A stretch of DNA of 64,000 nucleotides from an uncultured Chloroflexia bacterium (lineage in GTDB: Bacteria > Chloroflexota > Limnocylindria > Limnocylindrales > CSP1-4), in the NCBI GenBank assembly GCA_963746845.1, contig CAVVCZ010000009.1, positions 1 through 64,000 on the forward strand, read 5' to 3'. The notes beneath the pieces are model-generated. The model searched no databases. It was not told the DNA's origin and was given only the letters and a program-made list of their open reading frames with translations. This document shows positions 30,567 to 40,779 of the stretch, in pieces. The translations under genes and the position numbers were made by a program. Every line of letters starts with the position of its first letter. Positions within the stretch are counted from its first letter, which is position 1.

Positions 30567-32609
30567 CGGTCCTCCTCGACGATGCTCAGGGCCGCACGCC
30601 GACGGCCGGGACGATCCGTTCGCCGGCCGCCGCCGGTCGAGTTGGTGCCACGCTCGGGGAGCGCGACGACGGCCGAAAGATGGGTCGACGGCGCGGTCCG
30701 GTGGGGGAACGCCATCGCGTCCACGAAGTGCTCCTGGAACCGCGGCTCGACCGCGGTCTCGATCTTCTCCACGCGTCGCACGACCCCCTCGATCTCCGTC
30801 CGGGCGGCGGCGCTGAGCAGCGCGATCAGCGCCCCGGTGCCGGCCGCGTTGCCGGCGGCCCTGACCCGATCGAGCGGTGCGTCCGGGATCAGCCCGAGGA
30901 CCATCGCATGGAACGGGTCGATCTGGCTGCCGAAGGCGCCGGCGAGGCGGACCTCGTCGACGGCGTCGATCCCGGCGTGGTCCATCAGCAGCCGGACCCC
31001 GGCGTAGAGGGCGGCCTTGGCGAGCTGGATCGCGCGGACGTCGTTCTGGGTGACCGCGATTCGGAGCCGGCCGTCGGCGCCGTCGTGGAGGACGTAGCTG
31101 AAAGTGCGGCCCTCGGCGACGACGCGCGGCGTCCGCGCGGCCATCGCCCCGTCCACGATCCCATCCGGGGTGACGATCCCGGCGAGGAACAGCTCGGCGA
31201 TCACCTCGACGATCCCGGATCCGCAGATCCCGGTGATCCCGGTGTCCGCGGTCGCCTCGGCGAAGCCCGGCTCGTCCGACCACAGCTCGCAGCCGATCAC
31301 CCGGAACCGCGGCTCGAGAGTCTCGCGGTCGATCCGGACGCGCTCGATCGCGCCGGGCGCGGCCCGCTGGCCCGACGAGATCTGCGCGCCCTCGAACGCC
31401 GGTCCCGTGGGTGACGAGGCCGCGAGCAGGAAGTAGCGGTTGCCGAGCACGATCTCGGCGTTCGTGCCGACGTCGACGACCAGCTCCACGCCCTCGGACT
31501 CGTGGGGCGCCTCGGCGAGGATCACGCCTGCCGTGTCCGCCCCGACGTGGCCGGCGATGCACGGGAGTACGTACACGCGGGCGCCCGGGTGCGTGGTCAG
31601 GTCCAGCTCGCTCGCCCGGATCGTGAGTGCCCGATCCGTTGCCAGCGCGAACGGCGCCGACCCGAGGGGGATCGGGTCGATCCCGAGGACGAGGTGATGC
31701 ATGATCGGGTTGCCGACGATTGCGAGCTCGAGGATCGCGTCGCGCTTGATCCCGCCCTTCATCGCGAGCTGGGCGAGCAGCCCGTTGAGCGCCCCCCGCA
31801 CGGCCGTCGTCATCTCGGCCGCCCCGCCGTCGTTCATCATCGCGTAGCTGACCCGGCTCATCAGGTCCTCGCCGAAGCGGATCTGCGGGTTCATGACCCC
31901 CGCGCTCGCGAGGATCGATCCGTCGCCGAGGTTCGCGAGGTGGCCGGCGATCGTCGTCGATCCGACGTCGATCGCGACCCCGTAGGCCAGCGTGTGGAGA
32001 CCCGGCCAGATCCCGGTGATCGTCCGCCGATCGTGGACGGCGACGGTCACGCCGTACTTCCCGGCCTCGAGCGCGGGCTGGAGCGCGCGGATCACGGTCG
32101 AGATCGGCGTCCAGGTCGTGAAGGTCCCACTCCGTCGCCAGCGCCTCCTGGAGCCGGAACAGGTCGCCGGACGGCGAGGCGAGCTGCGGCGGCTCCACCT
32201 CGACGTAATGGAGGCGGACGACCGGGTCCAGGTGGAAGTCCCGGACGTCGAGGTCCTTCCGGACGACCTGGCGATAGACCTGGCTCTCCGGCGGGACGTC
32301 GATCACGACGTCGCCGCGGAGATGGGCGGCGCAGGCAAGGCGGCGCTCGTGGGCCAGGCCCTTGGTGTCGCGATAGACCGCCTCGATCGATCCGAACGGC
32401 GTCAGGTGGTCCGGAGCGGAGACGATCCCGTGCTTCGCGAACTCGCCGACGCTCTGCTCCACCTGGCAGCGGCCGCAGATCCCGCGCCCGCCGCAGACCG
32501 AGTCGATGTCGACGCCGAGCTTCCGCGCGGCGTCCAGCACGGTGGTCCCGGCCTCGAACCGGCCGCGCCGGCCGGACGGGGTGAAGATGACGAGCGGGTC
32601 GTCCGCCAC
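30563..32609 (-). CDS. ASKHA-family reductive activator of corrinoid proteins (RACo/DUF4445) with N-terminal 2Fe-2S domain (one frameshift near 32097)
   Basis: CGGRGICGRC..RLAC, DVGSTT, NPQIRFGEDLMSR, GHVGAD, DVGTNAE, GPAFEG, GICGSG, LAGAFG, GNAAG. Confidence 0.92.
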
Positions 32610-32626
32610 GGGGTCCCGGCCGGCGG

Positions 32627-33583
32627 TCAGCCGCGGGCCGCCGTGGCGGCCTCGGTCCCGGCGATCCGTTGCGGTACCTCGACGCCCGCCCGGCGCCGGT
32701 TGACCCGTCGGCCACCGGTCTCGCCGTCCGGCGGCGCGACCCGGAACTGCCGGATCCAGCGGGCCGCGTCCTGGTCGTTGCCCTGGAGGACATCGGCCGC
32801 CATGACGGCCGTCCGGACGCCTTCCGCGATCGGATTCGTGATCGCGCTGGTGAGGCCGGAGGCGATCGCCATCGCGAGGAAGGAGCCGTTGATTCCTTCG
32901 CGGTTCGGCAGCCCGAAGCTGACGTTGCTCGCGCCGCAGGTGGAGTTGACGCTGAGCTCATCGCGGAGCCGCCCGAGGATCCGGAACACCTGGCGGCCGG
33001 CCGTCGGCATCGCCCCGATCGGCATCAGGAGCGGGTCGACGACGATGTCCTCGCGGGGAATGCCGTGGTCCGCCGCCCGCTCGACGATCCGCTTCGCGAC
33101 CGCGAACCGGACGTCCGGGTCCTCGCTGATCCCGGTCTCGTCGTTGCTGATCGCGACGACCGCGGCGCCGTACTTCTTCACGAGCGGCAGGACGCGCTCG
33201 AGGCGCTCCTCCTCGCCGGTCACGCTGTTCACGAGCGCCTTGCCCTGGTAGACGGCCAGACCGGCCTCGAGGGCCTCGACGATCGAGCTGTCGATCGACA
33301 GCGGCAGGTCCGTCAGCGACTGGACGAGCTGGATCGTCCGGGCGAGGATCGCCGGCTCGTCGGCGAGCGGGATGCCGGCGTTCACGTCGAGCATGTGGGC
33401 GCCGGCCTCGACCTGGGCGAGCGCGTCGCGCTCGACCCGGCTGAAGTCGCCGTTCTTCATCTCCTCGGCGAGGAGCTTGCGGCCGGTCGGGTTGATCCGC
33501 TCGCCGATGACCACGAACGGGCGGTCATCGCCGATGACGACCTCGCGGGTCGCCGATCCGACCACGGTCCAGGTGGGGCTCAC
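32627..33583 (-). CDS. Pterin-binding methyltransferase (methyl-THF:corrinoid, AcsE/MetH pterin-domain-like)
   Basis: IGERINPTGRK, AQVEAGAHMLDVNAG, LSIDS, LVNSVTGE, VDPL, GASNVSFGLP, SAITNP. Confidence 0.88.
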   Translation of the reverse strand: MSPTWTVVGSATREVVIGDDRPFVVIGERINPTGRKLLAEEMKNGDFSRVERDALAQVEAGAHMLDVNAGIPLADEPAILARTIQLVQSLTDLPLSIDSSIVEALEAGLAVYQGKALVNSVTGEEERLERVLPLVKKYGAAVVAISNDETGISEDPDVRFAVAKRIVERAADHGIPREDIVVDPLLMPIGAMPTAGRQVFRILGRLRDELSVNSTCGASNVSFGLPNREGINGSFLAMAIASGLTSAITNPIAEGVRTAVMAADVLQGNDQDAARWIRQFRVAPPDGETGGRRVNRRRAGVEVPQRIAGTEAATAARG

Positions 33584-33981
33584 GCGGACGCTTCCTCGGT
33601 CGGCGAACCGTCCCCACTCGGTCCGGCGGGCACGCCGTCCCTCGCGCCCTTCGGGGTCTCGTCGTGGGCCGGGGGCAGGGCCGGCCCGCCGGCGACGCCG
33701 CCGCTCTGGATCAGCTCGGCGAGGCGGTGCTTGTCGTACTCCGCCTCGAGCCGCTCGGATTCCGCGGTCACCGCCGCCTCGAGGTCATCACCGCAGGCAT
33801 GAGCGACTTTCCGCCACTCCTCGATGTAGTCGTTGTAGGCGCGTTTGCCGGCGCGGCTGGCGGCCTTGTCGATCGCGACCTGGAACCGTGGATGGAGGAC
33901 GACCTTGCTGGCGCGCCGCCCGTCGCGGGCGAGGACCTGGGCCGGGATGTCCCGCCACCAGATCACGGTCAGCGTCGCCAT
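33580..33981 (-). CDS. 'Virulence factor' domain protein (PF13769-like), function unknown
   Basis: WWRDIPAQV, RFQVAIDKAA, YIEEWR, LEAEY. Coupled to both neighbours. Confidence 0.8.
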   Translation of the reverse strand: MATLTVIWWRDIPAQVLARDGRRASKVVLHPRFQVAIDKAASRAGKRAYNDYIEEWRKVAHACGDDLEAAVTAESERLEAEYDKHRLAELIQSGGVAGGPALPPAHDETPKGARDGVPAGPSGDGSPTEEASA

Positions 33982-34632
33982 CAGTGCGGCGCCGCGGTGC
34001 GGGCCCAGACCTCGATCGGCGAGGCGAGGTAGCGGACGCCTGTCGGGCGATGCTCGAAGCTGAGGCCGAGACGATCGGCGGCGCGACGGGCCATGGCGAG
34101 CAGGTCCGGATCGTCGGTCTGGCTCAGGTACACGACCCGGGTGTAGTGGGCGAAATAGGTCGCCTGAAGCTCCGGATGCCGGTCGATCCCGAGGCCACGG
34201 ATGACCAGCCGCTCGAAGTTGCGGGCGAGGAAGTCGGTCAGCCAGAAGGTTCCGGGCTCGGCGTCGGCCATCGTGGCGAAGGCCGCGCTGCCGGCGAAGA
34301 CCTCGTAGCAGTGCGCGCCCGGGAGGCGCTCGACGCCCTCGTCGGCGAGGACCGGGTCGAGCAGCCCACCGGTGCCGCAGTCGGCGTAGGCGATGAAGAT
34401 CCGCTCGTAGCCGTCGCCGCGGGCCTCGTGGATCCGTCGGCGGACCGCGGCCGGGATGCCGCCGGGCCGGTTGTGGAGGTCCGGGGAGAGGCAGGTGACC
34501 TCCAGACCCGGGATCCGCTCGGCGACGGCGAGCAGCTCGCGGGCGAGCGCGCCACAGCCGATGACGAGGGCGCGCGATGAGGCGGGCGGCGGTTCGCCCG
34601 GTCCCTTCGCAACGGTGCCGGGCCGACCGGCC

Positions 34633-34646
<14 letters not shown>
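33981..34646 (-). CDS. DUF1638-domain protein
   Basis: IGCGALARE, LHNRP, YADCGTGG, GAHCYEVFAG, FWLTDFL, YFAHYTRVVYL. Confidence 0.85.
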
Positions 34647-35325
<679 letters not shown>

Positions 35326-35368
35326 CGCGTGTCGCTCCTGACCGCCCGCCCCAGAACCCATCCGCGGG

Positions 35369-35403
35369 GTTCCACATCGTGGAACGGTACCGTATGATGG
35401 AAC
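35369..35403. promoter_or_regulatory. Tandem palindromic operator, probably for the adjacent IclR regulator
   Basis: Perfect GTTCCAC-atc-GTGGAAC (35369-35385) and degenerate GTACCGT-atg-ATGGAAC (35387-35403), between divergent genes. Confidence 0.72.
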
Positions 35404-35429
35404 GCAGACCGAGAATCTAGCCCACGAGG

Positions 35430-36194
35430 GTGCCGGTGTCCAGAGTCCAGTCGATCGAACGGGCATTCGCGGTGCTGTCCGCGTTGACCGACGGCCCCGT
35501 CGGGGTCACCGAGGTCGCCGAGCGGGCGGACCTGCCGAAGTCGACCGCCGCGCGGATGCTCGCGTCACTGGCCGGCGAGGGCGCGGTCGAGCAGGTGCCG
35601 GGCGAGACGCGCTACCGGTTGGGGCCGCGGATCGAGTCACTCGCGACGGCGTTCGGGGCGACGCGGAATCTCGTGACGGTGGCGCGACCGCATCTCACGG
35701 AGCTGGCAGCGGCGGTCGGCGAGGTCGCAGGGCTATCGGTTCCGGACGGCCGCGAGGTCCACTACATCGACCAGGTCGACACGCCGAACCCGAACCCCGT
35801 CGGGATCCGCGACTGGACCGGTTCGCGCGTGCCGATGCACGCGGTGTCGTCGGGGCTCGTCTTCCTCGCTCACCGGCCGGCGGCGACCGTGGATCGTTAT
35901 CTCGCCGAGCCGCTCGCGTCTCTGACCGAGCGGACCGTCACGGACCCGTTGGCCATCCGCGAGCGCCTTCGGGCGGTCGCGCTCGCTGGCTTTGCCTGGG
36001 TCCACGACGAGTTCGCGATGGGGATCTCGTCGGTGGCCGCGGGGATCGTCGACGAGAGCGGCGAGATCGTCGCGGCGATCCATGTCCACGGGCCGTCCTA
36101 TCGCTTCCCGCCGGCCGGCCGCGACGCCGCCCTCGGGCTCCAGGTCGCGACGACGGCGACACGCATCACGAAGGCGCTACGCCAGGACGCATAG
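35430..36194 (+). CDS. IclR-family transcriptional regulator
   Basis: VQSIERAFAVL, LPKSTAARML, YRLGP, PMHAVSSGLVFLA, IHVHGPSYRF. Confidence 0.92.
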   Translation: MPVSRVQSIERAFAVLSALTDGPVGVTEVAERADLPKSTAARMLASLAGEGAVEQVPGETRYRLGPRIESLATAFGATRNLVTVARPHLTELAAAVGEVAGLSVPDGREVHYIDQVDTPNPNPVGIRDWTGSRVPMHAVSSGLVFLAHRPAATVDRYLAEPLASLTERTVTDPLAIRERLRAVALAGFAWVHDEFAMGISSVAAGIVDESGEIVAAIHVHGPSYRFPPAGRDAALGLQVATTATRITKALRQDA

Positions 36195-36326
36195 GTACCT
36201 TCGTAAACGCTAACTTCCTGACTCCTCCGTGCCTCCTCCACGCCCTGTTCACATCTCTCCTCGACTGTGATCGTCAGCCGGCGAGCGTCCCGCTCACCGC
36301 CAGGACCGAGATCGTCGGAGGACGAC

Positions 36327-36593
36327 ATGAACAACCAACGAGGCAGCGGGGGCCACAAGTGGGCGCTGCTGTTGATCCCGACCGCGCTGATCATCGCCAA
36401 GGGGGCGCGGCATCGCGGGGCCATGTGGGAGGCCGGATCCGGCCCGTCCGGAGCATCCGGATACGGGCATCGTCACCGCGGTCGCTTCGGCGGCGGCGCC
36501 GATCGCCTCCCGCCGAGGATTGAGGCGATGCTCGAGAGCTGGCATACCCGCGCGCATCAAGCGGCGGACACCGCGGAGACGACGACGATCTGA
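36327..36593 (+). CDS. Small hypothetical protein with N-terminal hydrophobic segment
   Basis: SD GGAGG then ATG. 88 aa: WALLLIPTALII, Gly/His/Arg-rich middle, LPPRIEAMLESWHTRAH. Confidence 0.6.
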   Translation: MNNQRGSGGHKWALLLIPTALIIAKGARHRGAMWEAGSGPSGASGYGHRHRGRFGGGADRLPPRIEAMLESWHTRAHQAADTAETTTI

Positions 36594-36610
36594 TCGTTAC
36601 CCGCCTGCGG

Positions 36611-38296
36611 TCAGGCCGCGTTCGGGTCCGAGAGCGGCGACACGCCGTGCCGATAGAACGGCGTCGTCTGGGGCGGCGGCGGCGTGTTGCCGGCGATCAG
36701 GTCGGCGGCCTTCTCGGCCAGCATCATCACCGGCGCGTAGATGTTGCCGTTCGTGACGTAGCGCATCGCGCTCGCATCGACGACCCGCAGCCCGTCCGTG
36801 CCGTGAATGCGCATCGTCAGCGGGTCCGTGACGGACGCGTCGTCGGTTCCGAGCCTGGCCGTGCACGAGGGGTGGAGCGCCGTCTCGGCGTCCCGCGCGA
36901 CCCAGTCCAGGATCTCTTCGTCGGTCGACACCGACGGGCCGGGTGACAGCTCGCCGGTCGAGTACCGCTCGAACGCGGGCTGGGTCAGGATCGTCCGGGC
37001 GACCCGGATCGCTTCGACCCACTCCCGGCGGTCCTGGTCGGTCGAGAGGTAGTTGAACCGGATCGCGGGGTGGACGCGGGGATCCGTCGAGGTGATCCGG
37101 ACGTCGCCCCGGGCGTCGGAGTACATCGGTCCGACGTGGACCTGGTAGCCGTGCTTGCTGGGGGCCGGCGTCCCGTCGTACCGGATCGCGATCGGCAGGA
37201 AGTGGAACATCAGGTTCGGGTATGCGACGTCCTCGTTCGAGCGGACGAAGCCACCGCCCTCGAAGTGGTTCGTGGCGCCCGGCCCGGAGCGGCGGAACAG
37301 CCACTCCGCGCCGATGAACGGGCGGCGCCACTTCTCGACCGCGTGCGGTTGCATCGAGACCGGCTCGCGCGAGCCGTACTGGATATAGACCTCGAGGTGG
37401 TCCTGGAGGTTCGCCCCGACGCCGGCGAGGTCCGCGACGACCGGGATGCCGAGCCCGCCGAGCAGCTCTGCCGGTCCGACTCCCGACAGCTGGAGGAGCT
37501 GCGGCGTGTTGAACGCGCCGCCACACAGGATCACGTTGCCGGCCGTGATCGTCTCCGTGCCACCGCCCTGTCGTTCGATCTCGACGCCGGTCGCGCGTCG
37601 CCCGTCGAAGACGATCTTCGTCACGAAGGTGCGGGTCCGGATCGACAGGTTGCGCCGGCCGCGGACAGGATGGAGATAGGCGCGCGCTGCGCTGATCCTT
37701 CGGCCGTGGCGGATGTTCCGGTCGAACGGCGCCACGCCCTCCTGGCGGTAGCCGTTGACGTCGGTCGTCCGCGGGTAGCCCGCCTGCTCGGCCGCCTCGA
37801 ACCACGCCGCGAACAAGGGGCTCGTCGCCGGCCCGCGCTCCAGCGCGAGCGGGCCCTCGTGCCCGCGCCACGGGTCGTCCGGCGCCGCCGCCGTGCAGTC
37901 CTCCATCCGCTTGAAGTACGGCAGGCAATGAGCGAAGTCCCACGTCTCCATGCCGGGATCGGCGGCCCAGCGCTCGAAGTCGAGCGGGTTTCCGCGCTGG
38001 AAGATCATCCCGTTGATCGAGCTCGATCCGCCGAGGACCTTGCCGCGGGCGTGGTACACGCGGCGGTCGTTCATGAACGGCTCGGGCTCGGACTCGTACT
38101 GCCAGTCGTACCAGCGGCTGCCGATCGGGAAGGTCAGCGCCGCCGGCATGTGGATGAACGGGTCGAACCGGTAGTCGGGCCGGCCCGCTTCGAGGACGAG
38201 GACGCGGGTCCCGGGATCGGCCGACAGGCGGTTCGCCAGGACGCTGCCGGCGCTGCCGCCGCCGACGATGACGTGGTCCCACGATCGTTCCGCCAT
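36611..38296 (-). CDS. betA: Choline dehydrogenase (GMC oxidoreductase)
   Basis: [54 protein letters not shown]. Betaine-cluster context. Confidence 0.92.
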   Translation of the reverse strand: MAERSWDHVIVGGGSAGSVLANRLSADPGTRVLVLEAGRPDYRFDPFIHMPAALTFPIGSRWYDWQYESEPEPFMNDRRVYHARGKVLGGSSSINGMIFQRGNPLDFERWAADPGMETWDFAHCLPYFKRMEDCTAAAPDDPWRGHEGPLALERGPATSPLFAAWFEAAEQAGYPRTTDVNGYRQEGVAPFDRNIRHGRRISAARAYLHPVRGRRNLSIRTRTFVTKIVFDGRRATGVEIERQGGGTETITAGNVILCGGAFNTPQLLQLSGVGPAELLGGLGIPVVADLAGVGANLQDHLEVYIQYGSREPVSMQPHAVEKWRRPFIGAEWLFRRSGPGATNHFEGGGFVRSNEDVAYPNLMFHFLPIAIRYDGTPAPSKHGYQVHVGPMYSDARGDVRITSTDPRVHPAIRFNYLSTDQDRREWVEAIRVARTILTQPAFERYSTGELSPGPSVSTDEEILDWVARDAETALHPSCTARLGTDDASVTDPLTMRIHGTDGLRVVDASAMRYVTNGNIYAPVMMLAEKAADLIAGNTPPPPQTTPFYRHGVSPLSDPNAA

Positions 38297-38611
38297 GGCG
38301 GCCGATCCTAGCAGCGGTCCGCTGCCGCCCTCATGGTCGTCGCGTGCGTCGCGGCGGGGCGCGGGGGCGGCTCCGGAGCGACCGACCACCGACGTGCGCA
38401 GACTCGCACCCGAGGAGCGTTCGGACCTCTTCCTGACCGGATCTGGCGTTCTGTGGGGCCGAGTCACGCTCGGGGAGGCGGCTCCTGGTCCGGATTCAGG
38501 CCCGAGGCTGCTTCTTGCGGTCCCCGGACGTACGTCTGAGCAGGTCGGGCCAGGATGACGTCACCACCATTTCTCGCGCGGGTCGCAGAGGGCCTGAGCT
38601 GCCCGCGCAGG

Positions 38612-38857
38612 TGTCAGATCGACGCCCCATGTCGAGTAACGATCGCCGGGTCCGATTTGCCGGCCAGATCGTCACGGGGCGACGACAAGGCGCGCTCAGC
38701 GGGTCGGGACGCACGTTCGGCAGCCCCGACTGAGCGTGGACGCGGCTTCGATGGGCCCGATCTTGCCTCCCGAGCGCGCCTCATCGTCACGGGATGTCGA
38801 TCTGGCACCGGAATCGAGAGGTCTCGCAGTTCATCGACGCCCGATGTCGATGTGGCA
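38612..38857. repeat. Four-motif palindromic element A (246 bp)
   Basis: 27-bp motif forward at 38612 and 38662, reverse at 38781-38807 and 38831-38857. Consensus KGHCAGA-TCGWCR-N5-YGWCGA. Confidence 0.8.
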
Positions 38858-38889
38858 GGCGCGCGGCGCGCGGCGCGGGGCGCGGCCGC

Positions 38890-39342
38890 TCAGCGATCGG
38901 CGCGGATGACCTCGACCGGGCACGGGGCTCGCTCGGAGACGCTCATCGAGACGCTGCCGGCGATCGCCCGGCCGATCCGACCGCGGCCATGACTGCCCAC
39001 GACGATACGGCTTGCCCCCTCGGCGAGGGCCGCCTCCACGAGGCAGGTGACCGGGTCACCGTTCCAGATCAGGACCTGCACATGGACACCAGCGGCCCGT
39101 GCGCGGTCCACGAGCCGCGCCGCGTCGCGGTTCCGCTCGTCGCGGACCTGGTCGAAGCGCTGACGGAACCGTCCACCGGGCAGCCGCAGCCCGCCCGGGT
39201 CGATCGCATGGACGGCGAGCAGGGGCGAACCCTCCCGCTTCGCCCGCTCGATCGCAGATCGTTCGGCGGCGGCGCTCGCCGGCCCGAAGTCCGTCCCGAG
39301 AAGGATCGGCCCGGAGCCCGCAGCGTCCGCCAGCGTGGCCAT
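38890..39342 (-). CDS. Universal stress protein (USP)
   Basis: ILLGTDFGPAS, GDP, IVVGSHGRG, AGSVS..APCPVEVI. Confidence 0.92.
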   Translation of the reverse strand: MATLADAAGSGPILLGTDFGPASAAAERSAIERAKREGSPLLAVHAIDPGGLRLPGGRFRQRFDQVRDERNRDAARLVDRARAAGVHVQVLIWNGDPVTCLVEAALAEGASRIVVGSHGRGRIGRAIAGSVSMSVSERAPCPVEVIRADR

Positions 39343-39344
39343 CG

Positions 39345-40670
39345 TCACCCCGCCGGGCCCGGGATCCGGCACAGGTACGACGTCGACCCGGCCGCGACCG
39401 CCGCGGACCGGATCGGATCGGCGGTCGCGGCCCCAGCGGTCGCGCTCGCGAGTCTGGCCGAGGCGGTACCGGGCGCCTGGATCACGAGCGCTGTCACCAT
39501 CCCGAACATCCCGTTGGTCCCTTCGGCGTGGGGCAGGATGTGGCAGTGAAAGGCCCAGACCCCTGGGTCCTCGCACTTGACGATCACGTCCCAGCGCTCG
39601 CCGGGGTTGACGCCGAGCGTGTCCGCGAAGAACGGCGACGCGAGCGGATATCCGTCGCGGGCGACGACGTGGAACGGCATCCCGTGGAGATGCCACGGGT
39701 GCATCATCGAGCCCTCGTTCATGAACCGGATCGCGATCGTCTCGCCGACCGTCGCGACGATCGGCGACGTCGCCGGGAAGCCGCGTCCGTTGATCGTGAA
39801 CCCGCCGAGCGAGTCGTTCGAGATCCAGATGATGTCCTGGGTCACGCCGTACTTGCGGTCGTGGCGCTCCGCCGCGTCCTTCGGCTGGACGATGAACGCC
39901 CCGAGCAGCCCGCGGCCGACCTGGTCCGTCGCGTTGTGGTGCGAGTGGTACATGTGCGAGCCGACGGTCCGCGCCGTGAACTCGTAGGTGAACGAGTCGC
40001 CGGGCTTGATCGGGTCCTGGGTGATCAGCGGGACGCCGTCCATGTTGTTCGGGATCCGCTGGCCGTGGAAGTGGATCCCGGTCGATTCCGGCAGGTTGTT
40101 CTTGAAGATCGCCTTGATCCGGTCACCCTCGGTGACCTCGAACCGGGGCCCCGGCCACGTCCCGTTGAACCCGAGCGCGTCGACCGGATCCTTGACCGCG
40201 TCGACCTGGTGCTTGATCGGGTCGACGGTCATCTCGTAGACCTTGACGCCGCTCTCGACGCGGGTCGGCTCGAGCGGCTGGTTGCCGGCGCCCGGGAGCT
40301 TCGAGCCCTCACCGTCGAGGAAGCGCTGGACGACGGCCTGGGCGGCGGCATCGTGATCGGCCGGTGCGGGGGAGCCGGACGCACCCGGCGCGGCCGATCC
40401 GGCCGGCTCGTGGCTGGCATGGTCGCTCGACGGGGCCGGGCTCGCGCTCGGTGCCGGCGCCGCCGGCGTGGACGACGGGTTGGGAGGGTAGCTCCAGGAC
40501 GGCGCTGCGGCCGCCGGCGCACACGCCGCGACGGCGACCGCGACGAGGCCGCCGCCGGTCATGGCCCCGGCACGCAGGATCGCGCGGCGGCTCAGGACGG
40601 AGGCGGCCGAAGGGTTGACGGGGGTCGGGTCGAGGGGGGACGGCGCCGCCTCGGTCTGTGGATCGAGCAT
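39345..40670 (-). CDS. Tat-exported two-domain multicopper oxidase (probable lipoprotein)
   Basis: SRRAIL..VAAC, HFHG, YHSH, HPWHLHG, HCHILPHAE..GM. Type-1 Cu Cys only in domain 2. SD GGAGG. Confidence 0.88.
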   Translation of the reverse strand: MLDPQTEAAPSPLDPTPVNPSAASVLSRRAILRAGAMTGGGLVAVAVAACAPAAAAPSWSYPPNPSSTPAAPAPSASPAPSSDHASHEPAGSAAPGASGSPAPADHDAAAQAVVQRFLDGEGSKLPGAGNQPLEPTRVESGVKVYEMTVDPIKHQVDAVKDPVDALGFNGTWPGPRFEVTEGDRIKAIFKNNLPESTGIHFHGQRIPNNMDGVPLITQDPIKPGDSFTYEFTARTVGSHMYHSHHNATDQVGRGLLGAFIVQPKDAAERHDRKYGVTQDIIWISNDSLGGFTINGRGFPATSPIVATVGETIAIRFMNEGSMMHPWHLHGMPFHVVARDGYPLASPFFADTLGVNPGERWDVIVKCEDPGVWAFHCHILPHAEGTNGMFGMVTALVIQAPGTASARLASATAGAATADPIRSAAVAAGSTSYLCRIPGPAG

Positions 40671-40779
40671 GGGGGAACGATCACCTCCGGCTGTCCGACG
40701 CGGCACGTGCCGGACGGCCCGTGGTCGTGTGCCGGAGGTCACGAGCGGGCCGGTGACGTGACGCAGTAGGCTCGCGAGC

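Noticed and set aside
29025-32609. Apparent 1194-aa ferredoxin-MttB fusion in the ORF track
   Set aside because: Artefact of the indel near 32097. The middle is out-of-frame RACo, and MttB has its own SD and ATG at 30566.
33580-33981. Pathogenicity role implied by the 'virulence factor' domain name
   Set aside because: The context is purely C1/corrinoid metabolism, so the family name is not evidence of function here.
35326-35430. Cobalamin riboswitch ahead of the corrinoid operon or pduO
   Set aside because: The gaps are too short and I could not find B12-box or GGGAA core motifs.
38858-38889. GGCGCGC-type short tandem run next to element A
   Set aside because: Low-complexity GC run of about four degenerate units, expected at this GC content.
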